This document shows, in pieces, positions 17,965 through 26,815 of a stretch of DNA of 59,701 bases. Both the position numbers and the translations under genes were made by a program. Numbering within the stretch: position 1 is the stretch's first letter; each line of letters starts with the position of its first letter. The stretch is from Gaiellales bacterium (lineage in GTDB: Bacteria > Actinomycetota > Thermoleophilia > Gaiellales > JAICJC01). The DNA lies in NCBI GenBank assembly GCA_036273335.1, contig DASUHT010000060.1, positions 1-59,701 on the forward strand, written 5' to 3'. The notes beneath the pieces are model-generated. The model did no database searches. It had not been told where the DNA came from and saw only the letters and a program-made list of their open reading frames with translations.

Positions 17965-19090
17965 CGCCGGCGGGGGCCGGCAGAACGACGCGCATCGTCG
18001 TGCCGCCGCCCAGCCGCGACTCGGCGGTTGCGCGGCCGCCGTACTCCTCGGCGATGTGCTTGACGATCGCCAGGCCGAGGCCGGTTCCCGGGCCGGAGCG
18101 GGCGTGCTCGATCCGGTAGAAGCGCTCGAACACCCGCTCCAGGTGCTCCGGCGCGATACCGGCGCCGTTATCGGCCACCACCAGCTCCACCGCGCCCGCG
18201 AGGCCGCGCGCCCGCACCTCGACATGGGCGCCCTCCCCGGCGTGGCGGATGGCGTTGGCGATCAGGTTGTCGAGGACGACGTCGACCAGCCGCGGGGTGA
18301 CCACCGCAAGCAGGCCTCGGGTGGCGCTCGCCGTCAGCGTCATGCGGCGCGCGGCGGCAGCCTCGGCGTGCCGCTCGACTGCCGACTCGACGGCAGCCGT
18401 CAGGTCGCAGCGCTCGCCCGCCCCGGTCAGCTCGTGGCTCTCCAGCCGCACCAGCAGGATCATGTCGTCGATCAGCTCGCGCATCGCGTCGACCTCGGCG
18501 CGGGCCTGGTCGATGGTCGCCGCCCGCTCCGACTCCTCCTCTGCCAGCGCCAGCGTGTCGACCAGGGCGAGCATGCGGGCGAGCGGCGTTCGCAGCTCGT
18601 GCGAGACGCCGGCCGAGAAGAGCCGGCGGGCGTCCCTGTAGTCGTCCTCGTGGCTGGTGTCGGTGAGGACGACCGCGCAGCCGGGGCCGTTCTCGCTCAG
18701 GAAGGGACGTACCTCGGCCCGGTAGCGCCGCCGCTCCGGCGCGTAGACGGTGACGTCCGCGGTCTGCGGCCGGCCGCTTTCGATGCAGGCCGCGGCCGCC
18801 TCGGCCAGCTCGCGCGGCGCCGGTCGCTGCACCAGCTCGGCCTGGGCGCGGGCGGCGGCGTTGGCGCGAACCACCGCTCCGTCGGCGTCCAGCAGGAGCA
18901 CCGGCCCGGAGACGGCCGCCATGATCGCGTCGCGCGACCACAGCGCCCGCGACAGCAGCTCACGGGGTGCGCTCTCCCGCCGTAGCCTGTCGGATTCGGC
19001 GACCGCCCGCCGGCGGGCTCGCCGTTCCCGCCACAGGAGCACCCCGAGGGCGACCGCAACGATGGCCAGCGTGACGACAGTCGCCTGCAC
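17951..19090 (-). CDS. Sensor histidine kinase (one TM, PAS-like, HisKA, HATPase_c; SenX3/PhoR-like)
   Basis: H-box 'SAGVSHELRTPL', N-box 'DNLIANAIRH', and G-boxes 'DNGAGI' and 'GTGLGLAIV'. I prefer the GTG at 19090 because the 19183 start would overlap thrS. Confidence 0.85.
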   Translation of the reverse strand: MQATVVTLAIVAVALGVLLWRERRARRRAVAESDRLRRESAPRELLSRALWSRDAIMAAVSGPVLLLDADGAVVRANAAARAQAELVQRPAPRELAEAAAACIESGRPQTADVTVYAPERRRYRAEVRPFLSENGPGCAVVLTDTSHEDDYRDARRLFSAGVSHELRTPLARMLALVDTLALAEEESERAATIDQARAEVDAMRELIDDMILLVRLESHELTGAGERCDLTAAVESAVERHAEAAAARRMTLTASATRGLLAVVTPRLVDVVLDNLIANAIRHAGEGAHVEVRARGLAGAVELVVADNGAGIAPEHLERVFERFYRIEHARSGPGTGLGLAIVKHIAEEYGGRATAESRLGGGTTMRVVLPAPAGVTTR

Positions 19091-19131
19091 GGCCCGAGGG
19101 TACCAGGCGGTTTGTATGCTGCCAGCGGACG

Positions 19132-21045
19132 ATGCGGATCTCGCTCCCCGACGGCAACGAGCTCGATCTCGAGGACGGCGCAACCGGGCTCGACGCGGCC
19201 GCCGCGATCGGTCCCCGGCTGGCCCGCTCGGCGGTCGCGGTGGAGGTCGGGGGAGAGGTCCGCGACCTGCGCCTGCCCCTCCACGACGGCGAGGCGATCC
19301 GCGTCCTCACCGATCGCGATCCGGAGGCGCTGGCGGTGCTCCGGCACTCGACTGCCCACGTCATGGCCGAGGCGGTCACCCACCTCTGGCCCGGGGTGAA
19401 GGTCGCCATCGGGCCCGCGATCGCCGACGGCTTCTACTACGACTTCGAGTTCCCGGAGCCGATCTCGGCCGACGACCTGGGCCAGATCGAGGACGAGATG
19501 CGGGCCATCCTGCGCAGCGAGCACCCGTTCGTGCGCGCCGATCGGGTGCCCAAGAGCCGGATCCTGGAGCGTTTCGCGAGCGAGCAGCAGCCGTACAAGC
19601 TGGAGCTCGTCCAGGACCTCCCGGACGGCGAGATCAGTCTCTACACCCAGGACGGCTTCGAGGATCTGTGCCGCGGGCCGCATCTCCAGACGACGAAGCC
19701 GATCAAGGCCTTCAAGCTGCTCTCGACCGCCGGCGCCTACTGGCGCGGCGACTCCCGAAACCCGATGCTGACCCGGATCTACGGGACGGCCTTCTTCAAC
19801 CAGGCCGACCTGGATGCGCACCTGCACCGGCTGGAGGAGGCGCGCCGCCGCGACCACCGCCGGCTGGGCCGCGACCTCGACCTCTTCCACACCAGCGAGG
19901 TGTCGCCGGGCGCGCCCTTCTGGCACCCCCGCGGGATGGTGGTGTGGAACGAGCTGAGCGAGCTCTGGCGGGAGCTGAACCGGGAGCGGGGGTATCGCGA
20001 GGTGCGCACGCCGATCCTCTATTCGATCGAGGTCTGGGAGCGCTCGGGGCACTGGGAGAAGTACCGCGAAAACATGTTCACCACCTACAAGGACGAACGC
20101 CTGCTGGGCCTGAAGCCGATGAACTGCCCCGGCCACATCGAGATCTTCGCGGCCGACCGGCGCAGCTACCGCGACCTGCCGCTGCGGCTGGCCGAGCAGG
20201 GACTGGTGCACCGCGACGAGCCGTCCGGTGCGCTGCACGGCCTGATGCGGGTCATCCACATCACCCAGGACGACGCGCACATCTTCTGCACCGCCGACCA
20301 GGTCGAGGGCGAGGTGATCGGCTGCCTCGAACTCGCGCGCACGATTTACGACATCTTCGGCCTGCCGATGCGGCTCGAGCTGTCGACCCGGCCGGAGAAC
20401 CGGATCGGCGACGATGCGCTCTGGGACGCCGCCGAAGGGGCGCTCACGGGGGCGCTCGAGCACGCCGGGGCCGAATACGAGCTGAACCCCGGCGACGGCG
20501 CCTTCTACGGGCCCAAGATCGACCTCCACATGACCGACTCGATCGGCCGGTCGTGGCAGATGGGGACGATTCAGCTCGACTACCAGATGCCCGAGCGGTT
20601 CGAGATCTCGTATACCGGCGAGGACAACGCGGAGCACCGGCCGGCGATGGTGCACCGGGCGCTCTTCGGGTCGTTCGAGCGCTTCATCGGGATCCTGATC
20701 GAGCACTTCGCCGGCGCCTTCCCGCTCTGGCTGGCGCCGCTCCAGGTGTCGGTGCTGCCGGTCGCCGACCGCCACAATGAGCACGCCGAGGGGGTGGTCG
20801 CCGAGCTGTCCGCGGCCGGGCTGCGGGCGGAGGCCGACCTGCGATCGGAGTCGGTGGGTCGGAAGATCGCCGACGCCGAGCACCTGCGCATTCCCTACAT
20901 CCTGGTGGTGGGCGACCGCGAGGCGGAGTCGGGCCAGGTATCGGTGCGCCGTCGCGGAGCGGGCAACCTGGGCGCCCGCCCCCTCGCCGAGCTCCGCGAC
21001 GAGCTGGTCGCCGAGCGCGCCAGCCGCGCCCTCGAGCCCACCTGA
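19132..21045 (+). CDS. thrS: Threonine--tRNA ligase
   Basis: TGS domain at the N-terminus, class II core ('HRDEPSGALHGLMRV', 'FYGPKIDL') and an anticodon-binding C-terminus. Confidence 0.95.
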   Translation: MRISLPDGNELDLEDGATGLDAAAAIGPRLARSAVAVEVGGEVRDLRLPLHDGEAIRVLTDRDPEALAVLRHSTAHVMAEAVTHLWPGVKVAIGPAIADGFYYDFEFPEPISADDLGQIEDEMRAILRSEHPFVRADRVPKSRILERFASEQQPYKLELVQDLPDGEISLYTQDGFEDLCRGPHLQTTKPIKAFKLLSTAGAYWRGDSRNPMLTRIYGTAFFNQADLDAHLHRLEEARRRDHRRLGRDLDLFHTSEVSPGAPFWHPRGMVVWNELSELWRELNRERGYREVRTPILYSIEVWERSGHWEKYRENMFTTYKDERLLGLKPMNCPGHIEIFAADRRSYRDLPLRLAEQGLVHRDEPSGALHGLMRVIHITQDDAHIFCTADQVEGEVIGCLELARTIYDIFGLPMRLELSTRPENRIGDDALWDAAEGALTGALEHAGAEYELNPGDGAFYGPKIDLHMTDSIGRSWQMGTIQLDYQMPERFEISYTGEDNAEHRPAMVHRALFGSFERFIGILIEHFAGAFPLWLAPLQVSVLPVADRHNEHAEGVVAELSAAGLRAEADLRSESVGRKIADAEHLRIPYILVVGDREAESGQVSVRRRGAGNLGARPLAELRDELVAERASRALEPT

Positions 21046-21084
21046 TCCGTCACGACTGCGCCACGAAAGCGTGCGATGAAACGT

Positions 21085-21114
21085 GGGGGCCTGGCCCCTA
21101 AGTTCCGCGCGGGG
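21085..21114. repeat. Short intergenic direct repeat, copy A (core GGGGCC-T-GGCCCC)
   Basis: gggggcctggcccct-aag-ttccgcgc-g-ggg is 26/30 identical to copy B, which lies 131 bp downstream. Flanking bases are also similar. Confidence 0.7.
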
Positions 21115-21179
21115 CGGGGTTAGCCGCCGGCCCGACCCCGGCGAATCGGCCTGGTTGCGTGGAATCCGGCGATTGGCGT

Positions 21180-21206
21180 GTTACGGAACGGCTGCGGAAC
21201 CGTAAC
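21180..21206. repeat. Inverted repeat gttacgg-N13-ccgtaac
   Basis: 7-bp arms with a 13-nt loop. It lies between repeat copies A and B in the thrS/gntR convergent gap. Confidence 0.5.
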
Positions 21207-21215
21207 GTGAAATAT

Positions 21216-21245
21216 GGGGGCCTGGCCCCTTTATTCCGCGCTGGG
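21216..21245. repeat. Short intergenic direct repeat, copy B
   Basis: gggggcctggcccct-tta-ttccgcgc-t-ggg. It abuts the stop codon of the GntR gene. Confidence 0.7.
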
Positions 21246-21977
21246 TCAGGAGCGCAGGTCGACCTCGAAGCGGGCGCGGTCGCCGCGGTAGAGGTCGCGA
21301 GCGAACTCGACGGGCCGTTCGCGGGTGTCGTAGGTCGTTCGGGTGACCAGGATCGCCGCCGAGCCGGGCCGGGTCGCCAGGTGCCGCGCGTCCGCCGCGT
21401 CGCACGTGGTCGGCTCGATCAGCTCGTGGGCGCGCGCCGGCTCGACCCGGAAGACGCGGCGCATCAGGTCGTACAGCGACCCGCTGGTAAGGTCGTGCGT
21501 GCCCAGCTGCGGGCAAACCGCGTCGGGCACGAAGAACGTCTCCAGGAGCAACGGCTCGCCGTCGCCAAAGCGCACCCGGCGCATCATCCAGGCACGCTGC
21601 CGGGCCCGCAGGCGAAGCGCCGAGCGGGCGGCCGGATCGACCGCGTCCGAGAGCACCATCTCGAGCACCCGCCCCGAGGGCTCGATGCCCTGGGCGCGCA
21701 TCTGCTCCGAGAACCCAGCGAGGCGCTGCAGGGTGTGCACCACCCGCGGCGGCGAGACGTACGTCCCGGAGCCGGGCCGTCGGTAGACCAGTCCCTGTCG
21801 CACCAGGTGCTCGACCGCCTGGCGCGCTGTCATTCGCGACAGGCCGAACTGCTCGGCCACCGTTCGCTCGCTCGGCAGGCGCGAGTGCGCCGCCAGCTTG
21901 CCGCTCTGGATCCGCTCGGCGAGCTGGTCGGCCGCGACTCGATAGCGCGGCGTCGTCCGGTTCCCGGAGCCGGCCAT
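21246..21977 (-). CDS. GntR/HutC-family transcriptional regulator (wHTH + UTRA domain)
   Basis: 'LPSERTVAEQFGLSRMTARQAVEHLVRQGLVYRRPGSGTYV' is the GntR HTH. The C-terminus is UTRA-like. Confidence 0.9.
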   Translation of the reverse strand: MAGSGNRTTPRYRVAADQLAERIQSGKLAAHSRLPSERTVAEQFGLSRMTARQAVEHLVRQGLVYRRPGSGTYVSPPRVVHTLQRLAGFSEQMRAQGIEPSGRVLEMVLSDAVDPAARSALRLRARQRAWMMRRVRFGDGEPLLLETFFVPDAVCPQLGTHDLTSGSLYDLMRRVFRVEPARAHELIEPTTCDAADARHLATRPGSAAILVTRTTYDTRERPVEFARDLYRGDRARFEVDLRS

Positions 21978-21982
21978 GAGAT

Positions 21983-21990
21983 GTCTATAC
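21983..21990. promoter_or_regulatory. GntR/HutC-type operator core GTCTATAC (GT-N-TA-N-AC)
   Basis: Located in the 73-bp divergent gap, 6 nt from the gntR start codon. The wider context tGTCTATACCAc resembles dre-type sites (GGTCTAGACC). Confidence 0.45.
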
Positions 21991-22050
21991 CACGCATCCG
22001 CCTGCCCCGTGGGTCACGTCGACAACCGGTATCCTGGACAGGATGCCCAG

Positions 22051-22260
22051 ATGGAGACCGCCGGGGTGCTGAAGCCGCAGGCCCGTTACGGGCTTGGCCG
22101 CGTGCTCGAGCCGCCCGGTGCATTCCAGCAGCTCTCCTGGAAGGTCGACCCCGACCCGCGCATCCCGCCCGCCGAGATCCCGATCGACGTCCAGTGCCTG
22201 ATGCGCCAGAACCCAGCCATCCGTGCCATCTTCGAGCGCCGCTGCGGGGTCGCCGGGTGA
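22051..22260 (+). CDS. Small protein (69 aa) resembling the N-terminus of L-erythro-3,5-diaminohexanoate dehydrogenase (tentative)
   Basis: High G/C at third positions. Its stop overlaps the next gene's GTG (GTGA). From memory, 'YGLGRVLEPPGAFQQLSWKVD...EIPIDVQCL' recalls the Kdd N-terminal pattern. Confidence 0.5.
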   Translation: METAGVLKPQARYGLGRVLEPPGAFQQLSWKVDPDPRIPPAEIPIDVQCLMRQNPAIRAIFERRCGVAG

Positions 22261-23276
22261 CGCCGCCGACCATCCCGGTGATCCGCGCTGCCGGCTCGCA
22301 TCGCCAGATCGGCCACCAGATCGGCGCGGCGACGGCTGATGCCGTTCGTGCCACCGTCGGCGAGCTTACGCCGGAGCAGCTGGCCGCTGCCGATCCCTAC
22401 CGGTCGGTGACCGCGCGCGAGCTGCCGTGGCTGATCGAGGAGCTGGACGGCGTGGCCGAGGGCGCCGGCGTCGACGGCGTGGCCGTCTTCGCCGCGTCGA
22501 TCGAGGAGCTGGAGGCGCCGGACTCCGCCAACGAAGGCCGCTGCTCGGACATGGTGGCCTGCCCCCGCGCAACCGCCGACGGCCACCTCTGGGTTGCCCA
22601 CAACAACGACCTGGGGCCGAGCGCCGAGGAACGACTGATCGCCATCGAGTGGCTGCTGGACGGCGACCCGGCCGTCTTCACGATCGGTATCGGGCCATGG
22701 ATCAGCGTCGGGTTCAACGCCGCCGGGCTGGCCTTGACCGGGAACGAGGTCGCCCCCAACGACAACCGCGTCGGCATCCCGCGGCTGCTCCAGGTGCGCG
22801 ACATCATGCGCCGGCGGACGATCGAGGAGGCGGTCGCGGCCGCGCTTCATCCCGCCCGCGCATCCTCCTACAACAACCTGCTCAGCCACCGAGACGGGTC
22901 GGTGGTGAACGTCGAGGGGTCGGCCACCGACGCCGAGCTGATCCGTCCCGACGAGCGGGGGACGCTGGCCCACACCAACCACTACGTGAGCGAGCGAATG
23001 CTCCCCTACGAGGGCGACCTTCCCTATGCGCGCCGCTCGGAAGTGCGGTATCGTCGCGCGCTCGAATGGCTTCAGGCGGAGCGGATCACCCCCGAGCTGC
23101 TGCGGGAGGCGCTGTCCGACCACACGGGGGCGCCCGACTCCCTCTGCCGGCACCTCGGCCCTGGCGCCGAGTCGAAGACCGTCTTTTGGCTCGTCGCGGA
23201 CGTCTCAACAGGAGAGATCACCTACGGTCGCGGCAACCCGTGCGACTCTGAGGAGCAGCATTATGCCTTCGCCTGA
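22257..23276 (+). CDS. C45 family peptidase/acyl-CoA:6-aminopenicillanic-acid acyltransferase-like amidohydrolase
   Basis: 'IRAAGSHRQIGHQIG...CSDMVA...LWVAHNNDL...SYNNLLS...HTNHY' is the typical Ntn-hydrolase C45 pattern. The upstream part of the 705-aa track ORF is antisense to gntR. Confidence 0.75.
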   Translation: MTPPTIPVIRAAGSHRQIGHQIGAATADAVRATVGELTPEQLAAADPYRSVTARELPWLIEELDGVAEGAGVDGVAVFAASIEELEAPDSANEGRCSDMVACPRATADGHLWVAHNNDLGPSAEERLIAIEWLLDGDPAVFTIGIGPWISVGFNAAGLALTGNEVAPNDNRVGIPRLLQVRDIMRRRTIEEAVAAALHPARASSYNNLLSHRDGSVVNVEGSATDAELIRPDERGTLAHTNHYVSERMLPYEGDLPYARRSEVRYRRALEWLQAERITPELLREALSDHTGAPDSLCRHLGPGAESKTVFWLVADVSTGEITYGRGNPCDSEEQHYAFA

Positions 23277-24114
23277 GACCAGCCACCGATACGCACAGCT
23301 GACCTGGCCTGAGGTGGCAGAGTGGGCGCATCGCGATCCGGTCTGCGTCATCCCGGTCGCCACCCTCGAGGACCACGGGTACCACCTGCCGATCGACACC
23401 GATGCGGTGATCGCCGAGGCGTTGGCGGAGGGGGCGGTGCTGGCGCGCCGCGAAACGGCGCTGCTCCTGCCCACCGTCACCCATGGCTACACGCCTCACC
23501 ACATGCATTTTCCGGGGTCGATCACGATCGACTGGAAGGTCTTCGTCGACCATCTGCTGGACATCGGTCGCAGCCTCATCCACCACGGGTTCAACCGGAT
23601 CCTGTTCGTGAACGGACACGGCTCGAACGTGCCACTGGTGGAGATGGCGGCGCGCCTGCTGCTGGTCGAGCAGCCGCACGCGGTCGCGGCTGCGTTCTGG
23701 TACCTGAGCACGCCGGAGTCGGCCGCCCTGCTCGCCGAGACGCGTGACTCGGAGCAGCCGGGCGGCATGGCGCACGCCTGCGAGCTGGAGACGTCGCTCT
23801 ACCTGGCGATCGACCCGGATCGGGTGCAGATGGACAAGGCGGTGCGGGAGATCCCCGACTGGGACTCCGAGCACGTGTGGATGGACTGGAACGACGGGCC
23901 GCTCTCGATCAAGGGGCCGTGGAGCGGCTGGACCGAGTCGGGAGTGATGGGAGACCCAACCGTCGCCACATCGGAAAAGGGCAGAATCTGGCTCGACCAG
24001 GCGATTGCCGAGATCGCCGGATACATCGACGAGATGGCACGGCGCGCTCCGCGGCCGGGCCGTGATCACCATGACGGCGTCATGTCGGCGCTGGACAGCA
24101 GGGAGGCAAGATGA
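23263..24114 (+). CDS. Creatininase-family amidohydrolase
   Basis: 'VIPVATLEDHGYHLPIDTD...FVNGHGSN...AHACELETS' are creatininase/MftE-family metal-binding motifs. GAGGAG lies upstream of the ATG. Confidence 0.8.
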   Translation: MPSPETSHRYAQLTWPEVAEWAHRDPVCVIPVATLEDHGYHLPIDTDAVIAEALAEGAVLARRETALLLPTVTHGYTPHHMHFPGSITIDWKVFVDHLLDIGRSLIHHGFNRILFVNGHGSNVPLVEMAARLLLVEQPHAVAAAFWYLSTPESAALLAETRDSEQPGGMAHACELETSLYLAIDPDRVQMDKAVREIPDWDSEHVWMDWNDGPLSIKGPWSGWTESGVMGDPTVATSEKGRIWLDQAIAEIAGYIDEMARRAPRPGRDHHDGVMSALDSREAR

Positions 24115-25802
24115 GCACACGCAGGCCGCTAATCGCGCTCGTGGCCGCCGCACTGGTCGTGATGACCGCGGCCGGCTGTGGAACCGGCGCTTCCAACAGC
24201 ACCAGCGGGTCAGCAGGCACCGTCAAGAAGGGCGGCATCCTGAACATCGGCACCACCAGCGGGATCGACTCGCTGAATCCGTTCATCGCCATCGAGAGCC
24301 AGGCCTACAACGCTTTCGTGATGGAGTATCCGCAGCTCGTCCAGTACGGACCGGGCATCAAGCTCGAGGGTGACTGGGCAACCAGTTGGAAGGTCTCCAA
24401 CGGCGGCAAGACGTACACCTTCCACCTGAAGCCGGGCGGGAAATGGTCGGACGGCGTGCCGCTGACCGCCGAGGACGCGGCCTGGACCGGAAACACGATC
24501 ATCAAGTACAAGGACGGCGCATCCGCGGTGCTGGCGGCGGCGTTGACCCACGTCAAGGACATGCAGGCGCCGAACCCGACGACCCTGGTCGTCAACTACG
24601 ACCAGCCCGTCGGCAACGCGCTTCCCCAGCTGGAGCAGTTCTGGGTGCTGCCCAAGCACGTCTGGGACAAGCAGGTGGGCAACAACGGCAAGGATCTCAA
24701 GACCTACCGGCCAGAGCAGCACCTGCCGACGGTGGCCGCCGGCCCGTACACGATCACCAGTTACGCCGAGAAGGGGACGACGGTCTTCAAGCCCAACCCG
24801 TACTTCTACGGACCCAAGTCGAACGCCGCCGCGGTGGCGCTGACCTACTACACGAACTCGACCTCGATGATCGCCGATCTGCAGGCCGGCACGGTGGATT
24901 TCGTGGACCAGGTGCCGTTCGACGCCGCCTCCTCGGTCAAGAACTCGGGCACGTTCAACGTCGACGAGGGGGCCGGCGCCGAGGTCACCAACATCACCTT
25001 CAACTCCAACCCGGCCAAGCCGAAGAACCGTGAGCTGCTCGACCCGAAGGTCAAGGAGGCCCTCGAGTATGCGACCAATCGCCAGCAGATCGCAAAGACG
25101 GTCTTCCAGGGCTTCGCGTTCCCCTGGGCGAACCTGATCTCCAAGCAGTCGCAGGGTGCCGGCTGGGTCAACCCGGCGGTCAAGCCGCTGCCCTACGACA
25201 TCGCCAAGGCCAACCAGATCCTGGACGGCCTCGGCTACATGCGCGGCTCGAATGGCATCCGCGAGGTGCCGGCGACCACCGGCAAGTACGCCCAGCCGGC
25301 CCACCAGATGTCGTACGACATGATGGTGCCGACGAGCCTCGACTTCTCCGGCCAGCGCGAGTTCGACATCATCGCCAACGACTGGGCCAAGATCGGGGTC
25401 AAGATCAACTTCCAGAACGGCGGCGATAGCCAGCAGGCGTACGCCATCGAGACGGCCGGCAACTACACGAAATTCGACATGGCGCTCTGGGACTGGGTCG
25501 GCTACATCGACCCCGACTTCATGCTGTCGGTGCTCACCCGGCCGCAGTGGTTCAGCTGGAGCGACACCGGCTACAGCAATCCGGCCTATGACGCCGAGTA
25601 CATCAAGCAGGGCACGCTCACTGACTTCAAGCAGCGCCAGGCGCTGGTCTGGAAGATGGAGCAGCAGGCGTACGACCAGCGGCAATACATCCAGCTGGTG
25701 AACGAGGAGCTGGTGACGGCCAACGCCAAGAGCTGGACGGGCTTCTACCCACAGCTGGGCGCGTACTGCAAGTGCTATTACACGAGTCCCCACCAGAGCT
25801 GA
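24111..25802 (+). CDS. ABC transporter substrate-binding lipoprotein, family 5 (peptide/nickel/opine type)
   Basis: Lipobox 'VMTAAGC'. The size and motifs are typical of DppA/OppA-like SBPs. ATGA overlap with the upstream gene. Confidence 0.85.
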   Translation: MSTRRPLIALVAAALVVMTAAGCGTGASNSTSGSAGTVKKGGILNIGTTSGIDSLNPFIAIESQAYNAFVMEYPQLVQYGPGIKLEGDWATSWKVSNGGKTYTFHLKPGGKWSDGVPLTAEDAAWTGNTIIKYKDGASAVLAAALTHVKDMQAPNPTTLVVNYDQPVGNALPQLEQFWVLPKHVWDKQVGNNGKDLKTYRPEQHLPTVAAGPYTITSYAEKGTTVFKPNPYFYGPKSNAAAVALTYYTNSTSMIADLQAGTVDFVDQVPFDAASSVKNSGTFNVDEGAGAEVTNITFNSNPAKPKNRELLDPKVKEALEYATNRQQIAKTVFQGFAFPWANLISKQSQGAGWVNPAVKPLPYDIAKANQILDGLGYMRGSNGIREVPATTGKYAQPAHQMSYDMMVPTSLDFSGQREFDIIANDWAKIGVKINFQNGGDSQQAYAIETAGNYTKFDMALWDWVGYIDPDFMLSVLTRPQWFSWSDTGYSNPAYDAEYIKQGTLTDFKQRQALVWKMEQQAYDQRQYIQLVNEELVTANAKSWTGFYPQLGAYCKCYYTSPHQS

Positions 25803-25837
25803 CCTGAGCGAGGATCCCTGGAGGAGGCGGAGGAGCG

Positions 25838-26815
25838 ATGAGGGGAGCCGACTACGTCGTCAAGCGCAGCATCTTTGCGCTGGTGACGGTGTGGGTGGCG
25901 GTGACCCTCAACTTCATCCTCTTCCGCCTCCTACCGGGGAGCTCCGTCTCCGGGCTGCGCTGCCAGGCCTGCACCCCGCAGTTCAAGGAAGCGCTGATCA
26001 AGGAGTACGGCCTCGACAAGTCCAAGTGGCAGCAGTACGTGACCTACCTGGGCAACCTGCTGCACGGCGACCTCGGCTACTCCCAGGTCAACAACATTCC
26101 GGTCTGGGATGCCATCAAGGAGCCGATCCTGAACACGCTGCCGATGGTGCTCGTCGGGACGCTGATCTCGGTCGTGCTCGGCGTCTTCTGCGGCATCCTG
26201 GCCGCCTGGCGGCGGGGCACGCTGACGGCAGACAAGCTGAACACCTGGACGGCGCTCGCCTTCTACGCCGCGCCAACGCAGTGGCTGGGCCTTCTGGTCG
26301 TCTTCTACGTCGCCGCCAATCTCGGCCTGCCGGTCGCCGGCATCCGCTCGCCTGACCTGGGCATCCTTTCCACGCCCAGCACCTGGGAGGTCGTGAGCGA
26401 CCGCGCCCGTCACCTGATCCTGCCGGCGCTGACGCTGGGCATCGGCCTCTATGGCGAGTACGCGATCGTCGTCCGCTCGTCGATGCTCGAGACGCTCGGC
26501 GAGGATTATGTTCTGACGGCGCGGGCCAAGGGCCTGGCCAATTGGCAGATCATCTGGAAGCACGGCCTGCGAAATGCCATGCTGCCGCTGGTGACGCTGC
26601 TCGCCCTGTCGGTCGGGTACATCGTCGCCGGGGCGATCGTCGTCGAGGATGTCTTCTCCTACCCGGGCATCGGCCTGGCCACCATCGACGCCATCGACCA
26701 CCGCGACTACGCGGTGCTGCAGGGCATCTTCCTCGTGCTGACGATCGCGGTCATCTTCTCGAACTTCGTCGCAGACCTTCTCTATTTCAAGCTCGACCCG
26801 CGAGTGACGACGTGA
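25838..26815 (+). CDS. ABC transporter permease (DppB-like)
   Basis: Six TM segments and the EAA-like loop '...LETLGEDYVLTARAKGL'. Confidence 0.85.
   Translation: MRGADYVVKRSIFALVTVWVAVTLNFILFRLLPGSSVSGLRCQACTPQFKEALIKEYGLDKSKWQQYVTYLGNLLHGDLGYSQVNNIPVWDAIKEPILNTLPMVLVGTLISVVLGVFCGILAAWRRGTLTADKLNTWTALAFYAAPTQWLGLLVVFYVAANLGLPVAGIRSPDLGILSTPSTWEVVSDRARHLILPALTLGIGLYGEYAIVVRSSMLETLGEDYVLTARAKGLANWQIIWKHGLRNAMLPLVTLLALSVGYIVAGAIVVEDVFSYPGIGLATIDAIDHRDYAVLQGIFLVLTIAVIFSNFVADLLYFKLDPRVTT

Noticed and set aside
17951-19183. Histidine kinase start at 19183
   Set aside because: That start would overlap the thrS start by 52 nt and add an Arg-rich 31-aa leader. GTG 19090 sits directly before the TM helix and is more plausible.
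21159-22256. N-terminal 366 codons of the 705-aa ORF 21159..23276
   Set aside because: This part is antisense to the well-supported GntR gene and is low complexity. The C45 domain begins at GTG 22257.
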